Source of the DNA: Escherichia phage MRostami-2023e
Direction: 5' to 3' (one strand)
DNA: 64,000 nt
Sequence record: OQ031495
The notes beneath the pieces were generated by a model. It was not told where the DNA came from and ran no database searches. It saw nothing but the letters and a program-made list of their open reading frames with translations. A program made the position numbers and the translations under genes. This document shows positions 63,808-64,000 of this stretch, piece after piece (positions within the stretch are counted from its first letter, which is position 1; the number at the start of each line of letters is the position of its first letter).

Positions 63808-64000
63808 TTAGTTTAGATTCAAAGAAAGTTGTTCTAACCCTTAAAGTTGATGACGAGCGTCTGGTATTCGTTACCATTTCCGATTTGCATGTTGAAATTG
63901 CTAATGGCGTTCGTACTTATCAAGCAAATAAAACTCAATGGGATTATATCCCGATGTTGACGCTTACTCAGCGTTTAGAATCAATCGGTCTTAAAGACCT
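63804..64000 (+). CDS. Hypothetical protein, 5' part (runs off window end)
   Basis: ATGA-coupled start; open to window end. Confidence 0.45.
   Translation, partial: MISLDSKKVVLTLKVDDERLVFVTISDLHVEIANGVRTYQANKTQWDYIPMLTLTQRLESIGLKD

Overview
This window is a contiguous piece of a T4-like (T-even) myovirus genome; every call below is read from the sequence and the supplied ORF track, with T4 protein sequences and catalytic residues compared from memory, not searched. Positions 1-26532 carry the late morphogenesis module on the minus strand in canonical T4 order (22, 21, 68, 67, 20, 19, 18, 17, 16, 15, 14, 13, wac, 12, 11, 10, 9, 8, 7, 6, 5.4, 5.1-like, 5, 53), with TATAAATA late promoters where intergenic space exists. 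From 26594 onward almost all genes are on the plus strand: 4, 2, 3, 1, 57A, 57B (Acb1-type 2H phosphoesterase), ipI, two tRNAs, a hyperplastic block of small ORFs, nudE, e (lysozyme), IP-like genes around denV, a GrcA-like gene, a RegB-like gene, a macro-domain gene, tk, rI, a block of unknown genes, nrdC, 49, nrdD (no intron), nrdG (in-frame stop) and an nrdH-like redoxin. The candidates I consider most likely to be undescribed are (i) five genes sharing a C-terminal FIxECR-type motif, four of them small two-TM membrane proteins, (ii) an expanded set of capsid-targeting-sequence (MKTYQEF...) internal-protein genes, one apparently fused in frame to denV, and (iii) several nucleotidyltransferase-fold, ATPase and macro-domain genes of unknown role. 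Thirteen N-masked runs (length-preserving) interrupt the sequence, so some gene boundaries are estimates. Products of small ORFs are mostly unknown.
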